Shown here in pieces: positions 10,369-19,694 of a stretch of DNA of 64,000 bases. Each line of letters opens with the position of its first letter. Position 1 is the stretch's first letter. The stretch comes from Bdellovibrio sp. (GTDB lineage Bacteria > Bdellovibrionota > Bdellovibrionia > Bdellovibrionales > Bdellovibrionaceae), in NCBI GenBank assembly GCA_036677065.1, contig JAKFBS010000004.1:384001-448000 (forward strand), given 5' to 3'. Under the pieces are notes generated by a model. The model saw only the letters and a program-made list of their open reading frames with translations, did no database searches and had not been told where the DNA came from. Both the position numbers and the translations under genes were made by a program.

Positions 10369-11949
10369 TTAGTTTTTTCTGACGATGATGCCTTTGAGTA
10401 AATTATCAAAGGCATCAGGAAATTCAAAATCCAAATCTGGTGTCGGTAATTCCTGAAATTTAAACTGACCCTTTGGTAAAACCTTTTCAAATTGTTTTTG
10501 AATGTCATTCAAAGACCACTTTTCAAAATTACACGTAAATAAAATTAAACCCTTACCATTTAAACAAGACCACATTAGCTTTGCTAACGCGGGAAAGTCT
10601 TTATCTAACTTCCAGGTTGTGGTTTTGGTTCTGCCAAATGAAGGTGGGTCACAAATGATGACATCCCACTTGCGATTACGCTTAATCGAGCCTTCTAAGA
10701 ATAATAATGAATCTTGGGCGAAGAATTCGTGTTTTTCAGGATCTAAGTTATTTAATTTAAAATTGTCTTTAGACCAATCTAAAAAAGCACGGCTGGCATC
10801 AACTGTGGTGATGTGTTTTGCCCCGCCAGCTCCGGCAGCGACTGAAAACACCGACGTGTAAGAAAATAAATTAAGAACAGCCTTACCTTTAGAGTTTTTT
10901 AGAATAAATTGGCGGTTATCACGTTGATCTAAAAATAACCCAGGAGAAAAACCTTGATCGCGGCGAAGTTCGCATAAAAGATTGTGCTCTTTCGCGGTCC
11001 ATTTTTCTGGAGCCGTTGAATAGTACAAATCTTTTTGTTCTTTACCGCCGACGCCAGTGCCACGATTAATCATATGGCGAACGACGTAATCTAAATTATG
11101 CTTTTTGCAGAAATCTGCAAGTGTAGATAGATCAAGTTCTGTTGGCGGATCTTTTTTATACCAATACACCCAAATAATTGAGCCGTATAAATCTGCGCGA
11201 ATTTCTTGTTCTTGATTCGTGCGATGATACAGGCGATAGGTTTGATCTTTTTCGATCGTCATCATCGCATTTAAATCAGTATATTCACTGGTGACAAAGT
11301 CGCCTAAGGTATTCACCGGGTTTTCAAAACAATAAGGTAGCGGGGCTGTAAAAGTTTGTACTTTGCCATCGAAAGAAAAAGAAATTTCGGCCGCGTGCAG
11401 AGCTAAACGAAACCAAGGACTTCCGCCATGTTCATGGTCACCTAAAACTGCGATTCCTAATTTTTCTGCATGTAACCTGATTTGGTGTGGTTTGCCGGTG
11501 ATCGGTTCGGCTTTCCATAAATATAATGAATCAGAGATTTTTTTAGAAAGGGTGAATTTAGTTTCAGAGTTATCTTCTTTGGCTGGAATATTAGCGAATT
11601 TTTTATCAACTTTATCGATGTGTGATTTTACGGTGTGGGGCTCGCCCGCGTTTTTTAAAGTTTGATCGGTTAAAAAGAAGTAAGTTTTTTTAACGTCGCG
11701 GGATTCAAACTGTTTGGCTAATTGTGCGGCAGCCGCTTTGTTTTTTGCGAACACGATGAGGCCCGAAGTTTCTTTGTCAAGGCGGTGAACAACCAATAAT
11801 TCTTGTTTAATTTTGCTCGATAATACTTCAACTAACCCCAACTGGTTCTCATTCACTTTGTGAGTGCGAAAGCCTGATCTTTTGTTAAAAACGATATAAT
11901 CAGGCTGATCAGTGTATCGTAGGTTGTAGGGGCTGCCAGACTGTTGCAT
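10369..11949 (-). CDS. Fusion of an RluA-type pseudouridine synthase and an RlmI/RlmK-like SAM methyltransferase
   Basis: HRLDKETSG, TGKPHQIRLH and LHA motifs (RluA); GLFLDQRDNR, LNLFSYT and DPPSF motifs (methyltransferase); start could extend to 11982. Confidence 0.88.
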   Translation of the reverse strand: MQQSGSPYNLRYTDQPDYIVFNKRSGFRTHKVNENQLGLVEVLSSKIKQELLVVHRLDKETSGLIVFAKNKAAAAQLAKQFESRDVKKTYFFLTDQTLKNAGEPHTVKSHIDKVDKKFANIPAKEDNSETKFTLSKKISDSLYLWKAEPITGKPHQIRLHAEKLGIAVLGDHEHGGSPWFRLALHAAEISFSFDGKVQTFTAPLPYCFENPVNTLGDFVTSEYTDLNAMMTIEKDQTYRLYHRTNQEQEIRADLYGSIIWVYWYKKDPPTELDLSTLADFCKKHNLDYVVRHMINRGTGVGGKEQKDLYYSTAPEKWTAKEHNLLCELRRDQGFSPGLFLDQRDNRQFILKNSKGKAVLNLFSYTSVFSVAAGAGGAKHITTVDASRAFLDWSKDNFKLNNLDPEKHEFFAQDSLLFLEGSIKRNRKWDVIICDPPSFGRTKTTTWKLDKDFPALAKLMWSCLNGKGLILFTCNFEKWSLNDIQKQFEKVLPKGQFKFQELPTPDLDFEFPDAFDNLLKGIIVRKN

Positions 11950-12029
11950 AGAGTTACAAGGTAACTGTTTCCTTTTCTTCACGCAAGCAGGTTGATATAT
12001 TTCAGCTACTCAAAAGGAGTATATTTCTT

Positions 12030-12611
12030 ATGAACAAAATCGTTTTATTAGCTATGGCTTTATTTCTTACAGGTTGTGGTATTCAAAGCATTCCACAACA
12101 AAAAAATGAAGTTGATGCTTCATTAGCTGAAATTACAAATCAATATAAACGCCGTGCGGATTTAATTCCAAACTTAGTGAATGTTGTAAAAGGTTACGCA
12201 GGTCATGAAAAAGACACTTTACAAGGTGTTGTTGAAGCGCGCGCAAAAGCGACTTCTGTTAACATTGATCCAAAAAACATGTCAGCTGAAAAATTAGCTG
12301 AGTTTTCAAGAGCTCAAGGCCAATTATCGCAAGCTTTAGGTAAGTTAATGATGATCACTGAAAACTACCCTAATCTAAAAGCCGATCAAAACTTTCGTGA
12401 TCTACAAGCTCAGCTTGAAGGCACTGAAAATCGTATCACTGTAGCGCGCAACCGTTACATTGAACAAATCAAGGGCTTTAATAATTTAGTGACTGTTCCG
12501 CCAACGAACATCACGAACATGATTATTTATCGCTATGAAAAAATGCCTCAATGGGATGTTTCAGAAGCTGAAAAAACAACGAACGAAAAAGCTCCAGAAG
12601 TTAAATTCTAG
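12030..12611 (+). CDS. lemA: LemA family lipoprotein
   Basis: QYKRRADLIPNLV, ENYPNLKA and QLEGTENRITVARNRY motifs. Confidence 0.93.
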   Translation: MNKIVLLAMALFLTGCGIQSIPQQKNEVDASLAEITNQYKRRADLIPNLVNVVKGYAGHEKDTLQGVVEARAKATSVNIDPKNMSAEKLAEFSRAQGQLSQALGKLMMITENYPNLKADQNFRDLQAQLEGTENRITVARNRYIEQIKGFNNLVTVPPTNITNMIIYRYEKMPQWDVSEAEKTTNEKAPEVKF

Positions 12612-12616
12612 TTTTA

Positions 12617-13414
12617 ATGTTTAATAGAACTCTGTTCTTTATCTTAGGATTTCTTTGGCTAAGCGTAAGCTTGGCCTTTGAAGTTCCAGCCTTAACCGGC
12701 CCGGTCGTTGATCAGGCAGGTGCTTTGTCGCGCTCAGAAGCCGATCAAATTGCTGAACGCTTACACGCGATTAAAAATCAGGGCGGCGCACAGATTCAGG
12801 TGTTAATTGTTTCTACGCTTCAAGGTGAAGCGATCGAACAAGCTTCGATTCAGGTTTTTGATAAATGGAAACTGGGCGATGCAAAAAAAGACGATGGCAT
12901 TTTATTCTTAGTTGCACTTAACGATCGCAAACTTCGTATTGAAGTTGGCCAAGGTTTAGAAGGTAATATTCCAGATATTATCGCTAAACGTATTATCAGT
13001 GAAATCACCAGGCCCATTTTTAAATCACGTAATTACTTTGCCGGTATTTATTTAACGACTGAAGCCATTAATCAGGCGGCAACGACTGCAGATGGTCAAA
13101 TCTTTGATGTCTATGGTTTTAAAGAGCAAGTTTTAGCAAACCCAAGTTTATTATCTGCGCGCGAGCGAGATAATTTATCTGATCGCCAAGAACCCGCGAC
13201 AAAAGGCAAAAAACTATCAAGCACTTTGGTGTTTTTAGTTTTAGGGGTGTTGTGGATTATTATTTTTATTTTTAGCCCATCAACAGCCCTGTGGATTTTA
13301 TTTTCGCTATTAAGTGGCGGCCGCGGCGGTGGTGGTGGACGTGGCGGCGGAGGCGGCGGTTGGTCTGGTGGAGGCGGAAGCTCATCAGGTGGCGGCGCTT
13401 CAGGAGATTGGTGA
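12617..13414 (+). CDS. TPM-domain (YgcG-like) protein with Gly-rich tail
   Basis: VVDQAGALS, RIEVGQGLEG and terminal GGGGASGDW; lemA-linked. Confidence 0.9.
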   Translation: MFNRTLFFILGFLWLSVSLAFEVPALTGPVVDQAGALSRSEADQIAERLHAIKNQGGAQIQVLIVSTLQGEAIEQASIQVFDKWKLGDAKKDDGILFLVALNDRKLRIEVGQGLEGNIPDIIAKRIISEITRPIFKSRNYFAGIYLTTEAINQAATTADGQIFDVYGFKEQVLANPSLLSARERDNLSDRQEPATKGKKLSSTLVFLVLGVLWIIIFIFSPSTALWILFSLLSGGRGGGGGRGGGGGGWSGGGGSSSGGGASGDW

Positions 13415-14064
13415 TGTCTAAAATTAAAATCGATGCAGCAAAAATTGAAGCAGCTATCGCAGACTTTGAACAGTCTGTGGATTTTGAATTAGTACCGGTG
13501 ATCGCAAAAAGCTCGACACCAACTCTACACGTACCTTGGGTGATCAGTTCATTATTAATGATTTTTGTCTTCTTTGGTTTTGAAGCCTATTACTTGGCGC
13601 AGTGGCATGATTGGGAAGCTTCGACCATCATTCATTGGCTTGCGACGTTGTTTGCCATTACACTTGGCGTGGGCTTTTTCTTAGCGCGCTTTGACGGGGT
13701 TCGCAGATTATTAACACCAAGTAAATACCGCCATCAGTTTGCGCAGCTTGAAGCCGAGCAAGTCTTTTTAAAGAAACGCCTCTATGAGACCCATGCTCAC
13801 CAAGGTTTACTTTTGTTCATCTCTTTAATGGAGCATCGTATTGTGGTATTACCAGATATTCGATCAGAATTTAGCGGTGCGCAAAAGCTCAGTGAAGAAG
13901 TGCTTAAAATTCTACAAGATGATTTTAAAGCGGGCAGTTATGAACAGGGCCTTTTAGACGCCATCGCGCATCTTAAACTGGTGTTAGCCCCGCAGTTTCC
14001 TAAAAAAGCAGATTCTAACCACGGAAATCAACTTCCGAACAAGTTGATTTGGTGGGATGAATAG
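13414..14064 (+). CDS. TPM-domain membrane protein (third gene of lemA cluster)
   Basis: ATG overlaps the previous TGA; GGAG RBS; GLLLFISLMEHRIVVL.D and NQLPN motifs. Confidence 0.82.
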   Translation: MSKIKIDAAKIEAAIADFEQSVDFELVPVIAKSSTPTLHVPWVISSLLMIFVFFGFEAYYLAQWHDWEASTIIHWLATLFAITLGVGFFLARFDGVRRLLTPSKYRHQFAQLEAEQVFLKKRLYETHAHQGLLLFISLMEHRIVVLPDIRSEFSGAQKLSEEVLKILQDDFKAGSYEQGLLDAIAHLKLVLAPQFPKKADSNHGNQLPNKLIWWDE

Positions 14065-14096
14065 CCTAGTATTTTCTTAACTTAATTATCTACAGT

Positions 14097-14172
14097 GCAG
14101 TCGTAGTTCAATGGATAGAATTCCCGGCTTCGAACCGGTAGGTTGCAGGTTCGAGTCCTGCCGACTGCACCA
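14097..14172 (+). tRNA. tRNA-Arg (anticodon UCG)
   Basis: Cloverleaf: GCAGTCG/CGACTGC acceptor stem, loop CT-TCG-AA, GGTTCGAGTCC T-arm, encoded CCA. Confidence 0.95.
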
Positions 14173-14216
14173 TTTTAATAAATTCAATACTTATATGTAT
14201 ACGAACTATCGCACAA

Positions 14217-14237
14217 ATATGCCAAATAATGACATAT
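14217..14237. promoter_or_regulatory. Putative operator inverted repeat upstream of the epoxide hydrolase
   Basis: ATATGCCA-N5-TGACATAT, 7/8 symmetric. Confidence 0.45.
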
Positions 14238-14271
14238 ATTCTCTTACAATGGTCTGAACAGGAGAAGTACA

Positions 14272-15216
14272 ATGTTTAATTCAACAAACTTTCCAGATCC
14301 CACTATTGTTTCAGTCAATGATGTTGAACTTGAAGTCTTTGAAGCCGGCCAACAAAATGGAGGAAAGCCTATTGTGCTCTGTCATGGTTGGCCAGAGCAT
14401 GCTTTTTCATGGCGATTCCAAATCCCTGCCTTGGTCGCAGCAGGCTACCATGTCATAGTGCCAAACCAGCGAGGTTATGGTAACTCGTCTCGTCCATCAG
14501 AAGTAACAGCTTATGATATCGAACACTTGTCGGGCGATCTCGTCGCACTTCTCGATCACTACGGCTACGAAAAAGCCACTTTTGTGGGTCATGATTGGGG
14601 CGCGATGGTCGTCTGGGGGCTGACGTTATTGCATCCAGAGCGGGTAAATAAAGTAATCAACTTAGCCTTGCCTTATCAAGCGCGTGGAGAAAAGCCTTGG
14701 CTTGAACTCATGGAAGAATTTCTTGGCGGCGACTACTATTTTGTTCACTTCAATCGACAGCCAGGCATCGCGGATGCAATTTTAGAAAAAAATACTTCTC
14801 AGTTTCTTCAGAATTTGTTCCGCAAGAATGTGCCTCACGCACCGCCTGAGCCGGGCATGATGATGATCAATCTCGCTAAGTCAGAAGCACCACTTGGTGA
14901 ACCCATAATGAACGACAGCGTATTGGCTGTTTTCGCATCTGCCTTTAAAGCCTCAGGGTTCACAGCCAGCATAAACTGGTACAGGAACCTCGACCGCAAC
15001 TGGCATTTATTAGCAAATGTAAACCCAATTATCCAACAGCCTACACTCATGATCTATGGCAGCCATGATTTGATCCCAAAGTCTGACAAACTGATCGAGT
15101 TCGTGCCTAATGTGAAAGAAGTCAGTCTGGATTGTGGTCACTGGATTCAGCAAGAAATGCCGGAAGAAACAAACCGAGTAATTTTAAATTGGTTAGAGCA
15201 GCAGGGTGCTACCTAG
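14272..15216 (+). CDS. Epoxide hydrolase-like alpha/beta hydrolase
   Basis: HGWP oxyanion motif, GHDWG nucleophile Asp, NWYRN and CGHWIQQE. Confidence 0.9.
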   Translation: MFNSTNFPDPTIVSVNDVELEVFEAGQQNGGKPIVLCHGWPEHAFSWRFQIPALVAAGYHVIVPNQRGYGNSSRPSEVTAYDIEHLSGDLVALLDHYGYEKATFVGHDWGAMVVWGLTLLHPERVNKVINLALPYQARGEKPWLELMEEFLGGDYYFVHFNRQPGIADAILEKNTSQFLQNLFRKNVPHAPPEPGMMMINLAKSEAPLGEPIMNDSVLAVFASAFKASGFTASINWYRNLDRNWHLLANVNPIIQQPTLMIYGSHDLIPKSDKLIEFVPNVKEVSLDCGHWIQQEMPEETNRVILNWLEQQGAT

Positions 15217-15393
15217 AACTTTTTTGTGCTTAAAATGTTTTACAAACTGTCAAATTAGTTAGCGGTCCTCTCGTTGTGATACTCTTTTTTTTCAAAAATT
15301 CGACTTATCTGAACACCTACATTATTCTTATTAAAACGATAGAGCGCAGGATGTGATCTGTTATTGGCCTATCAAAAAAAAGGAGTTTCGAAA

Positions 15394-16206
15394 ATGGGTA
15401 CGCCAAAGGGTTTTAGTAAATTAACGTATGCGGCCACGCTGTTAGTAGTAACAGCTCTGGCCGGGTGTTCAGTTGGTCCAGAAGAGGGTGAAGGCGAAAG
15501 TACATCGAGCTTGGAAACCGGTTACGGTTATTCTTCGATGGCCGGCGCCTACAAAATTGCTGTTGAAGAGGCAACAGTGCAAGATTTAATTCCGCATAAA
15601 GTTGCGTGTCCTTCTCAAAAAAATGGTAAACACATAGAACAGATTTGTATTCAGATTTGTCATGTGCCTCCGGGAAATCCAGACAATTCGCACGACAAGG
15701 TACTGCCGCTTTCAGCAATTAAAGCTCACTTAGGCCACGGTGATTATTTAGGTTTTTGTGATGCTTCAGCTGGCGAACTTCCAGTAGATGAAGGTTCTGG
15801 TGGTGGTTCAACAGATGATGGTAATACAGGTGGCACGACAGATGACTCTTCTTCAGGTGATCCTTCATCGGGTACGACAACAACAGATGGTGGTTCAACA
15901 GGTGAAGAGACTGTACCAACTGATCCTTCTGCTGAAGAACCTTCTTCTGGAGATGGGCCAACAGGTGATTCGATATCTGGTGGGTCTGGTGATGAATCGG
16001 TTCCTGATTCAGGAAGTTCATCTGGCGGGGATTCGTCTTCAGGTGGTGAAACTTTTCCTGACGAGGGTACCGGTGGCAGTGTAGATGACGGTGCGGGTGA
16101 TACTGCAGATGGCAGTACGGAAGTTCCAAATTTCTGTGTGCCGTATTATGACATCGATCAAAACTGCGATGGATTCAATGACAACACCGGAATGCCGTAT
16201 TTATAA
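15394..16206 (+). CDS. Lipoprotein with an ICHVPPGNP/HGD module, acidic Gly-Ser linker and DQNCDG tail
   Basis: GGAG RBS; lipobox LAGC; ICHVPPGNP...AHLGHGDYLGFC; low-complexity D/G/S/T stretch. Confidence 0.75.
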   Translation: MGTPKGFSKLTYAATLLVVTALAGCSVGPEEGEGESTSSLETGYGYSSMAGAYKIAVEEATVQDLIPHKVACPSQKNGKHIEQICIQICHVPPGNPDNSHDKVLPLSAIKAHLGHGDYLGFCDASAGELPVDEGSGGGSTDDGNTGGTTDDSSSGDPSSGTTTTDGGSTGEETVPTDPSAEEPSSGDGPTGDSISGGSGDESVPDSGSSSGGDSSSGGETFPDEGTGGSVDDGAGDTADGSTEVPNFCVPYYDIDQNCDGFNDNTGMPYL

Positions 16207-16230
16207 TAATAGATTCTAAAAGATAAATCC

Positions 16231-16265
16231 AAAGCTTCGAGCCTAAATTAGGTTCGAAGCTTTTT
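16231..16265. terminator. Rho-independent terminator
   Basis: AAAGCTTCGAGCCTA-AAT-TAGGTTCGAAGCTTTTT. Confidence 0.8.
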
Positions 16266-16320
16266 GGTTTTCAGTGCTAGTTCACAATAGCTTCATCAGC
16301 AAGCTCCAGTGTTTGTATGA

Positions 16321-16914
16321 CTATTCTTCAGAGCAATCTAAGTCAGCTGTCATCGACGAGTTAAGACCTGGATTGTTAGCTGAAGTGTAGGTATAGCTGA
16401 TTTCTGATTTCGCAGTTTTAGCGCTGTCAGCACTTTGTGTGTCGCGAGTGATCACTGTTAGCTCTTGAACTTCTTTTGCGGCACTTGTTTGTTTGAATTT
16501 GTGGGTATACACCACGGTGAATTGGCCAGTTAAATTATTTTCGTCGATAATCTGTTGGCCAGAACTATTGTTAACAACTGTGTTTTGCACTGTTGAATAA
16601 AGAACATCGACGATAGATTTGTTGGCAATGCCGATCACAGAATTTACGCTGTCAAAAATTAAAGATCCTTGCGGGTTACTTTTTAATTGTCCGCTCATAA
16701 GTTCGGTGTGATTAAAAACATTAACCGCTTTCATGTCAGAAAATCTTCTTTTAGCTTCATCGCCTGAAAGTTTTAAAGAGCCTCTAATAACCTGACACTT
16801 GAAGCCAGTTGATGTGCCTTTAATTAAAGTGCCTACTGAACCGATGTCGCCAGGGCCGGCAAAAGCTGATAAGTGAGTGATTAAACCTAGTACTAAAATG
16901 ATTTGTTTTTTCAT
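16321..16914 (-). CDS. Secreted hypothetical protein
   Basis: AGGAG RBS; signal peptide ending AFA followed by GPGDIGSVG. Confidence 0.75.
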   Translation of the reverse strand: MKKQIILVLGLITHLSAFAGPGDIGSVGTLIKGTSTGFKCQVIRGSLKLSGDEAKRRFSDMKAVNVFNHTELMSGQLKSNPQGSLIFDSVNSVIGIANKSIVDVLYSTVQNTVVNNSSGQQIIDENNLTGQFTVVYTHKFKQTSAAKEVQELTVITRDTQSADSAKTAKSEISYTYTSANNPGLNSSMTADLDCSEE

Positions 16915-17178
16915 AAATGGGTCTCCTGTTAATGTTGTTTGTTATGCTGGAATAACTCCCTAAACAGGGGACCAAAGCATAACTCATGCACTTGCAAATT
17001 GATTTCCAGATTCATATAGCACACCTCGGTTGTGATTGGTTAGCTGTTATACAGTGGCCCAAAAATGGTGTACTAAAAAAAAGAACGAGCACAAATTTGT
17101 TTCCGCTGCAGTCCAGTTTGTTGTGGCGTAATTTTGTTTACTTTGGCGATGTCGTCATTGGTCTTTTATGATTTTAGC

Positions 17179-18006
17179 ATGCAACAGAAAAGTTTATCGA
17201 TTTTTGATTATATGGATGTTCATCTTTTTTTGAAAGATTATTATGATCTGCAAAAAAAACAAAATAAAAAATTTTCTTATGCAACGTGGGCAGCTGATTT
17301 GGGCTTTACCAATAAAACCATTTTGCGGATGATGCTTCAGAAAAAAAGAACCATTTCTGTTAAAAGTATGGCTGTACTTGTTAAGAGTTTGAATTTTACT
17401 GAATTAGAAATTCGTTATTTTGAAACCTTAGTGCATTCGGCACAGGCTAAAAATTCGACGCAAAAACAAGCTTTTGGTGCTGCCTTGGTTAAGATTCAGC
17501 GAGAAACTTTCACGCAAAAAGTTTTAGAAGTGGATAGTGGTGTGCTATTTGATGTGTATGGGCCGATTATTCTGACAATTATTAATTCTGCAGATAAGGC
17601 TTTAAATATTTCTGAAATTCAAAGTCACTGTGGTTTAGAATTAAATCAGATAGACAAAATTCTTTCACGGTTTGTCAGTTCTAAATTAATAAAAGTCAGT
17701 GCCGATCTGTACTCGGCTCAGCATAGTGCTTTTAAAATTCAAGATCATCACCTGCATCCTAATTTACAGAACTATTATAAATTTTGGCTTGAAAAATCCA
17801 GCACAGCCATTGCGTTGCCGTTTGAAATTCGCCGGTTCAGATCATTACAGATTGCATTGACTGAAGATGAATTTAATCAAATCGTGCAAAAAACAAATGA
17901 GTTTGCCACTATGTTGCTTTCAATGGTTCAGACAAATTCAATTGAAGACCGCAAACTTTATTTGTTGAATACGGCTTTATTTCCAGTCAGAGAAGTCTCA
18001 GCTTAA
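17179..18006 (+). CDS. TIGR02147 family protein (N-terminal HTH, DUF4423-like C-terminus)
   Basis: FLKDYY...NKKFSYATWAADLGF...KRTIS; C-terminal RRFRSLQIAL...LYLLNTALFP. Confidence 0.8.
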   Translation: MQQKSLSIFDYMDVHLFLKDYYDLQKKQNKKFSYATWAADLGFTNKTILRMMLQKKRTISVKSMAVLVKSLNFTELEIRYFETLVHSAQAKNSTQKQAFGAALVKIQRETFTQKVLEVDSGVLFDVYGPIILTIINSADKALNISEIQSHCGLELNQIDKILSRFVSSKLIKVSADLYSAQHSAFKIQDHHLHPNLQNYYKFWLEKSSTAIALPFEIRRFRSLQIALTEDEFNQIVQKTNEFATMLLSMVQTNSIEDRKLYLLNTALFPVREVSA

Positions 18007-18097
18007 GGTGATCTGTCAGCTATGTCCGAGTTTTGCGATGGTGTAACACCCAATCTGATTCTTGACGGCAAAATAAAGACATGTTTACTATTAAAGC

Positions 18098-19618
18098 ATG
18101 AAAATACAGTGGAAGATATTTTATTGCCTATTTACCATTGTATTGTTTTTGATCGTTATCGTTGCGTTTACATATAATGCGACAACAAAAGTTTCGTACT
18201 TTCGTGACCGTTCATTAGCTGTTGAAAGTCGCCTTTTGGCAGAAACTTATTTGCGGGCGCAAGTAAGGAATCAACTTTTAGAAACATTTGATGTTTTGTA
18301 CGTATCAGGAATCGGCAAGTATGAGGATCGAATTAACCAAGGCAAAAAAGAAGTTCAAAATAAAATTTTGGATCTTAAAAATGCCCTCACTGAATCTGGT
18401 GTTATCGATGCCACCTATAAAGCTGATCTAGATGAAATTGTAAATGCATATGATAGGCTACAAAGCACTTTAGATCAGGGTGTAGCACTTTTAAAAAGTG
18501 GTAAAACAAAAGAAGCGCGACAGGTTCTTATTGATGCCCGCGAGAATAAATTTAAAAAAGAATTTCTTGAGAAAATTTCTGCGCTTATTGAGAAAGAATC
18601 GCAAATCAGTAATTTTGAATCAAATAATTTAGAACAAAGTATTAAGTGGCTTCAAAGAATACTTTTGCTTTCTGCAGGGGCTGCGCTGTTATTGTCGTTA
18701 ATACTATCGACATTTATTGCTCGTTCTATTGGACGAAGGCTGGGCCGCATCGAGAAGGCTGCACAAAGAATTTCTTCTGGTGATTTTAATATTTCGCTGC
18801 CAACGCATGGACAAGATGAGGTCTCGACATTGTCGCAGGCTATAAATAAAATGGCGGTATCTTTATTTGAAGCGCAAACTCAAATCATCAAACAACAGGA
18901 GCTATTGATTACAAGCTCTAAGATGTCATCCTTAGGTGAAATGGCCGGCGGAATTGCTCATGAAATTAATACGCCATTGGCCGTGATAGCGCTGAAGGCC
19001 GACTTGCTTGCAGCGGCCAGTAATAGCGAGGAGTTTGCTTTAAACGGCAGAGAAATTGTTGCCGAGGCCTGTTCGATGATTCACAGAACAACCGATCGCA
19101 TCGCAAAAATTATTATTGGCCTTAGGGCTTTCGCACGTGATGGAGCTTCTGATCCTTTTCAAAAAACGGATGTACAGTTTATTCTTAAAGACACTCTTGA
19201 TCTTTGTAGTGAAAAATTTCGCAGCAGTGGGGTTGTTCTGCAGGTGCAAATACCTGAAAATGAATTACTCCTATCTTGTCGCGCAACGCAGATTTCGCAG
19301 GTTCTTTTAAATTTATTAAGTAATTCATTTGATGCCATACAACAGATTCCAGAAAAGTGGATAAAAATCGAGGCGCGGGATTTGGGCACTGAAGTCGAAT
19401 TGAGTGTGACTGATAGCGGCCATGGAATATCGGCGGCTATTCGCTCTAAACTGGCACAACCATTTTTCACCACTAAAGAAGTCGGCAAGGGCACAGGGCT
19501 TGGTCTGAGTATATCTCGCGGGATTGTCATGGATCATGGCGGACGCTTAATCTTAGACGAACAAAGCTCTCATACTCGCTTTGTCATTGTACTTCCGAAA
19601 GATCGGCTCACTTCTTAA
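18098..19618 (+). CDS. HAMP-domain sensor histidine kinase
   Basis: 2 TM segments, HAMP, H-box AHEINTPL, N-box QVLLNLLSNS, DSGHG and PFFTTKEVGKGTGLGLSI. Confidence 0.95.
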   Translation: MKIQWKIFYCLFTIVLFLIVIVAFTYNATTKVSYFRDRSLAVESRLLAETYLRAQVRNQLLETFDVLYVSGIGKYEDRINQGKKEVQNKILDLKNALTESGVIDATYKADLDEIVNAYDRLQSTLDQGVALLKSGKTKEARQVLIDARENKFKKEFLEKISALIEKESQISNFESNNLEQSIKWLQRILLLSAGAALLLSLILSTFIARSIGRRLGRIEKAAQRISSGDFNISLPTHGQDEVSTLSQAINKMAVSLFEAQTQIIKQQELLITSSKMSSLGEMAGGIAHEINTPLAVIALKADLLAAASNSEEFALNGREIVAEACSMIHRTTDRIAKIIIGLRAFARDGASDPFQKTDVQFILKDTLDLCSEKFRSSGVVLQVQIPENELLLSCRATQISQVLLNLLSNSFDAIQQIPEKWIKIEARDLGTEVELSVTDSGHGISAAIRSKLAQPFFTTKEVGKGTGLGLSISRGIVMDHGGRLILDEQSSHTRFVIVLPKDRLTS

Positions 19619-19694
19619 TTAAATAAATCTGATCGTGGCACTGCTTTTGTAGCTTGGATTGGTTTTCCGGGAATTTAATCCATTAGGGGGCTTT

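Noticed and set aside
13291..13413. Arg/Trp-rich N-terminal extension of the 13291 ORF
   Set aside because: Out-of-frame reading of the upstream poly-Gly tail; the real start is 13411 or 13414 with a GGAG RBS
15780..16120. Apparent tandem repeats and overlapping ORFs (15719-16129 minus, 15788-16084 plus)
   Set aside because: Explained by the low-complexity Gly/Ser/Asp linker; the alternative frames are shadows
14150..16300. att-site duplication of the tRNA-Arg 3' end
   Set aside because: No second copy of GCCGACTGCACCA seen by eye downstream, and no integrase
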